Shown here: positions 12,832 through 23,996 of the stretch, in pieces | Numbering within the stretch: the stretch's first letter is position 1 | Layout: each line of letters begins with the position of its first letter | Source of the DNA: Podarcis tiliguerta | Taxonomy: Eukaryota | Assembly: GCA_965153285.1 (NCBI GenBank) | Contig: OZ229122.1 | Direction: 5' to 3' (one strand) | DNA length: 64,000 bases | Made by a program: the position numbers and the translations under genes | The notes under the pieces: generated by a model | What the model saw: the letters and a program-made list of their open reading frames with translations, nothing else | The model's database searches: none | What the model was told of the DNA's origin: nothing

Positions 12832-13116
12832 GTAAGTTGATGAGATGCTCACAAAGGCACAAGGAAGGCCTGTGAAATGCTCACTCTGAGCAGTGTGCTA
12901 ATGCGGGAGGGGTGGGTGGGAAGAGGACATGGCAGGGATGCAGCAGCACCTCCTGTGTGACTAGCGCATTCTCTGTGTGGAACTAAAGAACCTGAGCTGT
13001 TTCCCGCCCCGCCTCCCCTGCCCCCCAGCTGTGCCGAAGATGCACTCCACTATTGTGCCTGTGTTGTATTCCTCCAGCCATTCTTTGTTTATAGCTTTCT
13101 GCTCTCTTGCCCACAG

Positions 13117-13207
13117 AGAAGATCTTCTCAAGGAATATCCTAGCCTTCAGCTAAATCCTGCCATTGAGGGTGTCTTCGGTGGGGCATACCCCTTTGGCAT
13201 AGATCCG
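13117..13207 (+). CDS. ATP6V0A1: ATP6V0A1 exon (EDLLKEYPSLQLNPAIEGVFGGAYPFGIDP)
   Basis: cacag| ... |gtaaga; YPFGIDP motif. Confidence 0.97.
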
Positions 13208-13965
13208 GTAAGAGCACCTCCTTGCAGCTACTGTTCACGAGTGGAGCTGTTTGTTTCTTGAACAGCAAGTGTTGATCAGGGTGGTAGAGTTCTGAACTGT
13301 GCCACTTCCTCTTAAGTCTCTTTTTGGGAAACCACCGTGTAAAGAACTCCCTGCATACAGTAAGCTTAGAAAACCAGGGAGGAGGCTGTGCTGATCTGTT
13401 CCCCTTCTGATGTTGCTTTATGGAGGGAGCTCTTTACGTAGGAGAGTATTTTTTAAAAAAGACTGAAGCACTACAGTCCTGAATTACTCTAGTACCTCTT
13501 TCTATAGCACAGCTCTGTCTCACAAATTAAGTACATAGGAAGCTGCCTCATTCAGAGTCGGACCATTGGTCGGTCTATCTTAGTACTTCCTACACTGACT
13601 GGCAGCAGCTCTCCAGAGTTCACAGTGGGAACAGGCTTGCCTTCAATTATGTGGAGAACACAGGGGAGGGAGATCCACCCAGATCCTTGGAGTATCCTTT
13701 TCACTCAAAGCCTTTCACAGAAACTGTCTTAAAGTTGTTCCTGTAGCCATGAACACATGGCTAACATTTTTAAAAATAAAAGACACACCACGCCATGCTT
13801 GGTCTCGAGGATGCTTTATAAAGTAAAAGGAATGTTCCTACGGAGAGCAGATTATTTTGGGTGTTACTGAGGATACTATGGGTCTGGGTGTACTTAGTTA
13901 GCTGTTTCACTGTTTGTCCTCTTCCTTGGTTCTGAACACCCTTGGGTCTTTGCACTTTGCACTAG

Positions 13966-14084
13966 ATCTGGAATATCGCCACCAACAAGCTGACCTTCCT
14001 CAACTCCTTCAAGATGAAGATGTCTGTCATTCTGGGCATCATCCACATGCTCTTTGGCGTCTCTCTCAGTCTGCTCAATCACAT
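13966..14084 (+). CDS. ATP6V0A1: ATP6V0A1 exon ([39 protein letters not shown])
   Basis: actag| ... |gtgagt; FLNSFKMK motif. Confidence 0.98.
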
Positions 14085-14297
14085 GTGAGTGTGCTCATTT
14101 TAGTTTAGCAGTCAGTAGACAGACTGAGAAGATGCAGGACCACAGAAAGCTGCCTTATACTGAGCCCAGACCTTTGGTGTGCCTAAGCACAGTACGGTCT
14201 GCACTGACTGGCAGCAGCTCTCCAGGGTTGGAGACATATCTCTTGTATCCGTTGATTGAAGGCAGGGTCTTAAATTTCTTCTTTGCATATCCTCTAG

Positions 14298-14511
14298 CTA
14301 CTTTAAGAAACCTCTGAACATCTACCTCGGGTTTATCCCTGAAATAGTCTTCATGACATCGCTGTTTGGCTATCTGGTCATCCTCATTTTCTATAAGTGG
14401 ACAGCCTACGATGCTAATAACTCCATGGATGCACCAAGTCTTCTCATCCACTTCATCAACATGTTTCTCTTCTCCTATGATCCCAAAGAAAAGATGCTTT
14501 ATAGGGGACAG
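14298..14511 (+). CDS. ATP6V0A1: ATP6V0A1 exon ([34 protein letters not shown]...[13 protein letters not shown]...MLYRGQ)
   Basis: tctag| ... |gtaggt; overlaps ORF 14353..14577. Confidence 0.98.
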
Positions 14512-14615
14512 GTAGGTGGTTTGGTGAGGGCAAGAGCTGTTTTGCAGAAAGCAGCACCTTCCTTGTTCTGGCTTTAAGTGGGGGGGGGGAATCTACTGCT
14601 GAGCTGGGAGGGAAA

Positions 14616-14728
14616 AGAATCATAGAATGGGAAAGGATCCTGAGGATCATCTAGTTCAACCCCCTTCAGTGCAGAAATATGCAGCTGTCCCCATATGGGG
14701 ATCGAACCTGCAACCTTGGCATTTCAGC
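14616..14728 (-). mobile_element. SINE with a partial tRNA-Ile(AAT)-like head and CR1-like 3' tail
   Basis: Reverse complement reads gctgaaatgccaaggttgcaggttcgatccccatatgggga (tRNA-Ile-like, with B box), then ...gggggttgaactagatgatcctcaggatcc...ttctatgattct (CR1-type tail). Confidence 0.7.
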
Positions 14729-15019
14729 AAGAACTACTCCTTTGCAAACCACATGAAAACATGCAGAAGCTCCCATTTGTTGTGAAGTTTGTGCAGGAGC
14801 ACACACATCTGTATCTGCTAGTATTTATGCAATTATTTAGAATATGAGTTTTGATTTAAGAGCAAGTTTCTAGACCCTGTGGCAACAGGGAAGTGTGGGG
14901 AGGTTCTCCTGAAAGAATCTGAAAGGGTTCTTCACTCAAACACAGGCAGGAGGGCTTAAGGAACTGGATGTGCTTGCCTGTTGGTGATAATCTCACTCCC
15001 TCATCTCTGTTCCCCACAG

Positions 15020-15127
15020 AAAGGGCTCCAGTGCTTCCTGGTTGTGGTAGCATTGCTGTGTGTGCCGTGGATGCTGGTTGCCAAACCTCTGGTCCTTCGC
15101 CAGCAGTACTTGCGAAGAAAGCACTTG
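15020..15127 (+). CDS. ATP6V0A1: ATP6V0A1 exon (KGLQCFLVVVALLCVPWMLVAKPLVLRQQYLRRKHL)
   Basis: cacag| ... |gtgggt; within ORF 14981..15184. Confidence 0.97.
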
Positions 15128-15530
15128 GTGGGTGAATCTGTTTTTCCCTCTTTCCTTTGTAGGTCTTATTTGTTCAGATACTAGAGGCTTAGTCTGGATT
15201 TCTGCGACGGAGATCTGCATCCAGATGGAGCTCTGTTAGCACTTCAGACCTAAGCATACTTTCTTAGAATGAAAACATACTGGAATCATTGCGACTTACT
15301 TTCAGGTTTAGGATTGCAGTTTAAATCCTTCTTGCAGGCAGAGGCACATCTGTAATTTAGCAAACAGGCAGCATCTCTCATGACCACTGGTCGCTTTCTG
15401 GATCCATCCGAAATCCTGGTTCATATGCATGCATTTGCCACCCATGGCTGGGATCCACAGAGTTGCTTTAAGTGTGCCCCAACCCACTGGGATTTTTAAA
15501 AAAACCTTTTCTTTTGACCATCCGGCCCCT

Positions 15531-15586
15531 ATTTCACAATAGGGGTTTCAGAAGAGATTTCACAATAGGGGTTTCAGAAGAGATTT
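15531..15586. repeat. Perfect 26-bp tandem duplication (atttcacaataggggtttcagaagag x2)
   Basis: Directly visible at 15531-15556 and 15557-15582. Confidence 0.9.
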
Positions 15587-15982
15587 GCCCATGTAGAGTG
15601 AGACGTTGCTGCTCAAGGCAGCATGAACTCAAGCAGCCACTTGGGAGTGCGGAACTGGTGTGGTTCTGCTGGAGGAAAATAGCCTTCCATCAGCAGAGAC
15701 ATTCAGAATGGTTTAGTCCTAAAACCCGTCGTGCAGCTGGTGACGTTAAGCTTTTAAGGACACCAACCTGCTGCTGTGATTCTCCAGAGACGTGGCGGCT
15801 GTGGTGTTCTTGTGGCAAGCTGTTAAAGATGCAACAGCCCTTCAAATTGCAGCTCGGTTAAAGACGCTCCCTCTTCCTTCTCTGACCATCTCATCTCCCC
15901 ATGACCCCTCCATTCGTCTCCCTTCTTTTCTCTTTGTTTTTCTCCTCCTTTTCCCCTTTTCTTTCCTTCCATTCGCTATCAG

Positions 15983-16057
15983 GAAGGGCAGCCCGTGGAA
16001 CCCCCTGTCAGCCCAGCCCAGAGTCCGCAGGCAGTAGAGGCAGCGGCGGCTGCAACA
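15983..16057 (+). CDS. ATP6V0A1: Candidate alternative cassette exon of ATP6V0A1 (EGQPVEPPVSPAQSPQAVEAAAAAT, 25 aa)
   Basis: AG-free pyrimidine-rich tract 15864-15980, atcag| acceptor, consensus |gtgagt donor, 75 nt, phase 0/0 matching the flanking exons, no stop. Confidence 0.8.
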
Positions 16058-18338
16058 GTGAGTGGATTAAAAGATGCCAAAAGGATGCACATGGCGAGAA
16101 CGGGAGGTGCTCAGGGGCCTTGGAAAGTATCTGCCCCGAGGAGGAGGATCGGCACAGCGGCCCTTTCCTCGGAAAGATACGTTCCAAGAAATCTCATTCT
16201 TTCCAAACCCTACACTCACGCGCTCAGGGGACACAATGCAACCATATAATGTGGTTGGATTTCAAACTTTGGTGCGTATGCCAAGGGTCTCCTGCAGTTG
16301 TGCTTGGCAGAGGACTCTAGGCAGTGCTCAGTGGTGTGCTGCCCTCATTTCCTTGGAGTGCTGTCCAGGTTTGTTGGGGCCAGCCGCCGTTCATCATAAA
16401 CTGAGTTGTATATGCGCATGTCTTGGGATGCGCCCAACTCTCCTCTGTGGATGCACACTGCAGGGGAAATTGGCAAGGATGGACAACGCTGCCTTATGGG
16501 CAGCTTCCTTGTCATTATAAATGTTAATTGTGGAACTCCTGCTAAGTGTCTAAGGAACCTCAGAGTTCCTGGGGCACACAGTTTGAAAACCACGGTTGCA
16601 GCACAGAGAGATTCTTCGCCCTAGTGTGTGTATGTGGGGGGAAGCCCCCTCTTTCCAGATGCCAAGGCCCTTGGCTTTTGCATAGCTGCCACTTCTGCGG
16701 CTTTCCTCCCCTCCCTTTCTTCACAGTCCTCCCCAGGATTTTTGTCTCTCGAGTACGTTTTTAATTTGCATCCCATGTTTTCAGAGTGCCATAATCGGTG
16801 GTGTCTCCTCAGCAATGCCATCCCTTCTGAGTTCACGTCTCTGGCCTTCACCAGTTTCTTGCTGCCTGCTAGCTAATGGTCGCTTTGGGAATCCTTGTGG
16901 CAGTGCACTGAGTTGCTGGCTGCCCACTTCAGTGCTGTTCTTAATTGCGCCCACATCTCTCTGTGCAGTTGTGACAGTGGTATCCTACCTACCGACAATT
17001 GCTGGAGAACAAAACAGCTGTTTGCATTTCGGTATGCTGTTGCACTCCAGAAAGTCTTCTGCAGTCAGTTGAATGGCATGCCAGGTTTTTGGAACAAAGC
17101 ACGTGATTAGTGCTGTGAAATTGGGGTGTGGTATTTAGCAGTTAACCTGGCAAAAAGTTGTGTGTTCTACAGTCTTGCTGCAAGAACATGGAATTTGCTG
17201 CTCATGAAAAATCTGGTAACCTGAGAATTTCTTGCTTTCATGTGGGAAATGGTTTTAACCCTCAAGGCTACAAAGGTGGGCTGAAGAACATAGGACCAGA
17301 AAGCCCATTAGCCCAGCATTGTTTCCAGCTGCTTCTTGGAGCTGGCATGCTTGAAACTGAAGCTGATAACCTCAACATCTGGTATTCAGAGGTATACTGC
17401 CTCTGAGTATGGGCGTCCCATTTGACTTTCAAGTAACTATCTGTGAAATCGGAAGCCAATGGGATGGGGTGGTCAGGTGCTCTGCAGCCTGCAGATTCCA
17501 CAGTATGTCCCGTTAGACTTAGAAACAATATGAGTTTCCTTTTTGCCATTTTTTTATAGAATATATCAGATCTATTTCTTACACACAGACAGATCTATTT
17601 TTTTAAAAAAAATACTGATTAATCTCCGTTACAAAGAATCCCTTATGGACTTATCAAAGTAAGTTGCCTTTAAGAACAACATAGTTATTAATGTATTCCT
17701 TCCTAGCATCCGATGAAGGCTGCAGACATTGGAGAGTCTCAAATGGCTGAATGTATGCCCCAAAAAGGAGTGACTTGGCCTGGCCTGGCCTCCCCATGTA
17801 AGGACAGGTCTGGTCTTCCCTGCTTGTGTTGTCAAAGAGCCAGACAGTGTCAGCCATACCCAGCAGCAGAGTTCAGGAGGCTTTGCGTCCATTTCTTCAC
17901 TTGCTAACAGATTTATTTATTTCATAGGCCACTGATTGCATCTTTCTCTAGGGAATATTGTGAGAGTTCTTGCTGATGTTGCAAACATACAGCCTTTTTT
18001 TTTTTAAGCATTTGAGATTCTTGATTCCTGGCTCTCCTTCTCTTACTTCTCCTCTCTCTCCACCCCTCCAGCCCCTAATCCCTAGTTTCCCATTTTGAAA
18101 GGTCCAGTGTCTGGTAAGCTCTATACTTTAGACTAATGTTGTTGCGCCAGCTTTTGCTGCCTTTGGATTTGTAGCAGAGCAAGCTTAGGCTGTTCTGAAG
18201 AAGGAGGAGCCCTGGAAAACAGACCAAAGCATGCTTTAGTAGCCAAAACACTTTAACAAATTGCTCAGTTCTTGATGCTCAAAAGTGCTGGAAACCCATA
18301 ATTTGTTGTACTGGTACCCATAATTTGTTGCCTGAGGC

Positions 18339-18341
<3 letters not shown>

Positions 18342-18378
<37 letters not shown>

Positions 18379-18389
18379 CTCTCTCTCTC
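18342..18389. repeat. (CT)n microsatellite upstream of exon 18498
   Basis: Direct inspection. Confidence 0.9.
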
Positions 18390-18497
18390 ATCATATGGTA
18401 GGGCCAGTTCTGCTAATGGCCCTGCATGCCAATTCCATACTAAAACATGAACCGATTGTGTGTCTCCTCTTGTTTTCTCCTCTGTTGTCTGCTTTAG

Positions 18498-18605
18498 GGG
18501 ACACTCAATTTTGGTGGGATCCGCGTGGGCAATGGCCCAACTGAAGAAGATGCAGAGATAATCCAGCACGACCAGCTCTCAACCCATTCGGAGGAGGGGG
18601 AGGAG
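18498..18605 (+). CDS. ATP6V0A1: ATP6V0A1 exon (GTLNFGGIRVGNGPTEEDAEIIQHDQLSTHSEEGEE)
   Basis: tttag| ... |gtaaga; a1-specific acidic loop that separates a1 from a2/a3/a4. Confidence 0.97.
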
Positions 18606-20034
18606 GTAAGACCTCCCATTCTTTCTTTGTACAACAAACTTTCATTTGGGAGATGTTACAAGAAGGGGTGGACCTTTTATGACTCTCCTTACATATATTA
18701 CCAGATCAGACCAGGCCTGTATCCATTTACCCTCTCTTGCAGCTGACATAAACTAGCCAAAGCAGACTGCTTGGAAACTGTGTTGCCCCAGTAACTGTTT
18801 TTCTTAAGACTAGGGAAGCTCAATTTGACACTTGGGAACACTTCCTGTAGTGTCTTTGTTCTGGCACTTGGAAAAACCTGTGGGCAGCCTCCTTCAAAAG
18901 GTGGTTGTAATAAGCTGAGGCTGTGTCTTAAGTTCTCAATAGTTTGTGGTGGACAGGGGTCCCTTTCAAGGCGGGTAGTAAAGACTTCAGGTCAGATTTG
19001 AGGGTCTGTTACAATCTCCTCGCTTCCCCATAGGAAACCTCTGAATGGGCTGCATCACTGCTGCCCTTGTTTCAAAGAGAACTGAACAAGGGATCTTCCA
19101 TTCAGTTTGCTTGTCTGCATGGGAGAAGGTCTTCCGATTTTTCCAGGCAGACCACTATGTCTCAGGGTGGTGGGAGGTGCATCTTAGCTGTGCAGGCTCT
19201 TGTTATCCGTTGTTTGAAGAGGGCATCCTTGTACGCTACCTTTGTGTACAAGGCAATCTTACTGAGATGGCTTAGACCCCTGAAACATTAATAAAAACTC
19301 AAGCATACAGGATCTCTGGTTATAGTTGGTGATGTGGCCGTTCAAAATGTAAGCCACTTGAGCAGTGTAATGGGTCTTGTCCTGTCCTGAGGACTGCTGT
19401 CCTAACAGAGGTTTTAGCCTTCATATAAAATGAGCATTCTCAGGGTTCCTTGCTGGAAAGCAGTTTTAAGTTCTGAGAATAGGCATTGCCATTGGTGCAA
19501 ATGTATGAACCTGCCATATCTTGAATCAGACTGTTCCACCTAGCCTTAGTGCTGTCTACTTTTGATTGACAGTGTCTCTCCAGAGTGTTAGGAAGTCTTT
19601 CCTAGCTCTACTTCCTGAGATCCTTTGGAGAATCCCTTAGAGATGCCAGGGATTAAATGCGGGTCCTTAATGCATGCAGAGTATGTGCTCTTAACTTTGA
19701 GCTTTGACACACACACCCCTACAATGCACAATGTACACTACAAGTTTTCAGAGTTTTTCACAACTGGTACACAAGAAGCACTGTAAAACTAGACTAATAT
19801 CCCTCAAATTGTGATGATAGGGCTGAAACTGAGAGCTGATGGTTTGGCAAATCAGTCTTGGCCTTCTCTCCCTTGGGGAGAAATCACAGTTGTTACCAAT
19901 GCAAAATGAAGTGGAATGCAGCAACAGCAATGATAGAGCACAGTTGCATTTTAGGATATTGCACTGAAAGAGGATATGCTCTTGTGTTATCAAATGATGC
20001 ATGACCAAACCAAATATTCCCTTGTGTTTTCAAG

Positions 20035-20052
20035 CCTGCCGTGGAGGAGGTG
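20035..20052 (+). CDS. ATP6V0A1: ATP6V0A1 18-nt alternative microexon (PAVEEV), positional homolog of the mammalian PSEDEV insert
   Basis: ttttcaag|cctgccgtggaggaggtg|gtaagc; phase 0/0; lies in the intron where the mammalian 6-aa insert sits. Confidence 0.85.
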
Positions 20053-20811
20053 GTAAGCCTGTAGCCAGTTTCTCTGTCTGTCTTTATCCACATCATTGCT
20101 CCCATCACTGTAAACCATTTTGTAGAATTAGGCATATTTGCATCTGTGACTTGAAATTCTTTCTTCATCTTTTCATAGCATCTCATTTTGTGATGCCTCC
20201 TTCTTGTAATCAGAGGTCAATAATACCCATTTCCATAGAAAACAGCTTCATATTCATTTAAAAACAAAAGACATGTTTGTTTGAACAGCTGCATGTTCTT
20301 AATGGGGACCCACTGCCTTACCTTTGTGGTGTGGGTTGCATATTCGTCACTGTTATGTGCACAACCTGTGCACCTCAATAATTTGTAGAACAGAATCCCC
20401 AAAGTAGCAGAAGCCTTTGGAACGGGACGTGGACATGTTTGTACCTTTATTTTAAAAAGCCAACTTCCTCCATCCCCTGAACTCCAGCGTGCCCCTTAAT
20501 TGCCAAATTTCCAATATCCCTGGGGCCTGCTCTCCTGGGTCTTTTTGCTTATTCCCATGGCCGTTTCCTGAAAATTCTGGCAAGACTTTACAACAGGATC
20601 ACTCATTGGACAGTTCATGCAACATCTCACTGAGAGAGCTGACTACAGACACGCTGAGGTTAGTTTTTTTACAGTTGCTGGGAGGGAAAACCCACCCCAC
20701 CTGGCATTGACCTAAGCTGAACCATGGTCAGCACAAACACTTGAGCATGCAGGTTCCAGAAGAGGAGATCACAGTCACTTTGCTTCTGCTCCCATCCTCT
20801 TGTTACTGCAG

Positions 20812-20965
20812 GTTTGGCCTGAGTGTCATCAGAGCCTGGACCTGTGGTTCGTGCCACTCTAGACAAGCCACAAGCTATCATCAAGGTTTCTTGGTTTTAC
20901 AGTTTGTGGTTTTTCTAGAGAAGACAAACCACGAGCCTGGGTTCAGATGACACACTGAGCCAAAC
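20812..20965. repeat. Long imperfect inverted repeat (arms of about 65 bp), probably a palindromic MITE
   Basis: gtttggcctgagtgtcatcagagcctgg...ctctagacaagccacaa pairs with ttgtggtttttctagag...cctgggttcagatgacacactgagccaaac. Confidence 0.65.
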
Positions 20966-23161
20966 TGTGGCTTAGCTCACAGCAGTGCAGAGAAGGTGCA
21001 AAATGACATTCTCCCCAAGTTGGTTTATTGTTCTGTGCAAATTGAGCCAATCAGTTGATAAACATTCAGATTAGGAGTGACGGATGCCAGTCTTCAGGTG
21101 GGGTGTTAATGTTCACTAGCCACCTACTCAAAGTCAACAATCCACCAGTAAAAGGGGGAGTTAGTGGATTGGGATTCCACAGCATATTTGCTCCTTGCTT
21201 TGACTTCTTTATGAATGACCTGTCACTTCGTCTAGCTTTTGTGGAGAGCCACTTCCCTGGCAGCCGACGATAGCAGAAGTTAAAAATAGACATTTTATCT
21301 TTCTGCCTCTGCGAAGAGAAAATGCAGCAACCTCCACATCACAGTCAGTTGATAAGAGGCTCTGATAATGGATATCAATGCAGTGATGGGAAATGCTGGA
21401 TGGGCCCAGAAGGTTCTGCATAGGAAAAGAGCAACGTTTGAATTGCCCCCATTGCCTTTGCACAATAACCATGGAAATGCTGAGCAGTGCAGTCCTGAGG
21501 GGTCTGTTGCCAGGCTGCAAAAGTACGGAAATTAACTTAGTAAGCAGTGCATCGAAAGAACTGGAATATTGCTAATAATTTTAATGTTGGTTTATCCATC
21601 TTCTGCTGCTGCAGCCATCCTTTCAATCACCTGCCGGCTCTTACAGCATTGTGCTTTGTTGCTTGTCCTTCAAATACATGTTGGAGATTGGCAGGGCACA
21701 GTGTCCTGCAGTTCTGATGGAGTGCAGAATGAGGCTTTGGGCACAGAATTCAGCCGCCTGAAAAAGTCAGCTTTCACTTGCACTCCTCTTCTCCCCCCGC
21801 CCCCTAACACATTCCTAGCCCTCTTCACTGTGATGGTATGCCTGAACGTTTATGGGCAAATGCCTACTGAAATGTCAGAAGCCGGGGTGGGGGGTGGAAT
21901 GTAGCTGAACAAACTGCCCTGCTTATTGCAGGTGGGGATTCATTGCCTGCTACCATTTCTTGTTGTCCTGCCCTGCCTGCCCCCCCCCCCCCCGCATGAC
22001 TAGCAAAAAATCCCAGGATCAGTTATATAATTATAGTGGGGATGGGGGTGGGAACCTATCAGACTCGATTATGCCAAAAGGAGGCCGAGCAAATTTTGAT
22101 CATTTTGATGTAGAGCATGTGCATCCCTGGAGTCTAGTAATTTCATAGCTTGCTTGGCACACTCTCATCAGGGCAGCTTTTGCTAAGAATTTTTGTTTCT
22201 TGGTTCCAAAGCTTGAGGCCTAAATGTTAACAAGTAGCTTGCCTTCCTCCGTCTGAAATGTTTGCTGTGCTGGATACTGGAGGGGAATGAGAGAGCGCTC
22301 AGTTCACCTTTATCTTGGAACAGTTTTGGAGCTTGGCAGCTTTAGCTGGGTGTAGTCCGTTTGATTGCTAGAAGACTCCAGAGATTCTGAGATGTGGCAG
22401 ACAAAAATACCAAAATGGGATTTTTCACAACTTTGATTTTGCAACACTTAATCTCTCTCTGGTCACTTCTCCTCCTCCTAGTTGTTATTCAAACCTTCGC
22501 CACAGTGACTTAAGCAGCATTTCCTAAGAGGATTTGGGGACGGTGGGGGATGACAGGGTGGCAAGCAATTGGGGACAGCAGGCTTAACCAAATCTCAGCA
22601 GAGGCAAGCAAGGTCCTGTCTGGCACCCAGTTTTGTAATGGAAATGTGAGCCTCGCCTGATTGTATGCCGACATTAGTTGTTCCTAATTAAGTCCATTTC
22701 CCTTGCAGTCTGTCACTTCTGGATTCCAAGGCCACTTGAGTGCCTATTCATGCCAGGCAAATAAGGATTCTGCCATAGACACATGGATAGAGTGACTCCT
22801 GCTGTCTGTGCCTGATCCAGCTACTAAATCTTAGCTTTCAGTTTACCACCGAGAAGGGCAGGGCTGAGGAACATTCAAGTTGAGTCTTAGATCTGAACAA
22901 GCCATTGAACACTTGTACATTTTAATGGCGCTGAGTGTCCTGCAGTTTTGAGTTGTGTTGAGCAAGTGATCCTCCCAAGTCTTGGTGAACAGAGAGGGAA
23001 ATAGTCCGGCCAGCGTTCTAGCTGTGAGCTTTGAGTGCCCTTGCAATAGAGTTAGTTGCTGTTGTTGCTGCTACTGCTGCTGTTCCTGCTTTCTAGCTGT
23101 CTAGTCGTTGCTGCACACTCTGCCCACCGCTCAGACCTGGCTTTATTACTTCCTCTTGCAG

Positions 23162-23279
23162 TTTGACTTTGGGGACACTGCTGTTCACCAGGCCATCCAT
23201 ACCATCGAATACTGCCTGGGCTGCATCTCCAACACAGCGTCATACCTTCGCCTCTGGGCGCTTAGCCTGGCGCATGCAC
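23162..23279 (+). CDS. ATP6V0A1: ATP6V0A1 exon ([39 protein letters not shown]) containing the essential proton-translocating Arg (codon 23249-23251)
   Basis: tgcag| ... |gtgagt; invariant [12 protein letters not shown] motif (yeast Vph1 R735 equivalent). Confidence 0.98.
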
Positions 23280-23824
23280 GTGAGTAGCTTCACCATGGCT
23301 GGCTCTTTTGAGTCCAGGGATGAGGAAGGGGAAATCTGAGCTGTGCGAATAGGGGGAAGGTGTCACAAGCCCTTTTTCCTGTGGTAGTAGCCAATGACTT
23401 TTGTGTACTCTCATTCCAGGTCGTGTCATGTAGAGAGGGCTAGAAGACTATGTAGCAGTCTCCTCTCTGCCCAGTATCTTTTTTTGCCCACCCAAAATTC
23501 TTATTGAAATCTTCTGAATTCTCTGAAGGGGAGCATTGGGTAGCTTGTGAGAATGAGTTCGAAATGTCCACAGTGCAGAATTTGGACCCTAAGCAGGAGG
23601 AGGCTTTGCTTTTTCTTAAAAGGAAAATTGGTCTGGGGTGTGATTTAGGAGCACAGCTCACTTTGGGAACTCATCCAGCTTCCGAAATCTCACTTTTATT
23701 AGAGCAGTGGGCACTGCCCTCCGAAGAGGAGCAGCTAGAGTGAAGGCAGGCATGCAATCCCCTCTCCTCCAGAGCTGTGGCCCTTGCAGATCGGTGATCA
23801 TTGTTCCTGTCTTTCTCATCACAG

Positions 23825-23996
23825 AACTTTCTGAGGTCCTCTGGTCCATGGTGATGCGTGTGGGGCTCAGCGCAAAGAGCTTGGCTGGTGGGTTCGGCAT
23901 GTTCTTCGTATTTGCTGCCTTTGCCACCCTGACAGTGGCCATCTTGCTGATCATGGAGGGCCTCTCTGCTTTCCTGCATGCCCTCCGCTTGCACTG
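23825..23996 (+). CDS. ATP6V0A1: ATP6V0A1 exon ([23 protein letters not shown]...[15 protein letters not shown])
   Basis: cacag| ... |gtaagt; [15 protein letters not shown] motif; within ORF 23707..24000. Confidence 0.98.

Noticed and set aside
23717-23734. PSEEEQ-coding stretch resembling the PSEDEV microexon
   Set aside because: It is in the wrong intron (phase 1, after the FDFGD exon) and has no flanking AG/GT; the real candidate is 20035-20052.
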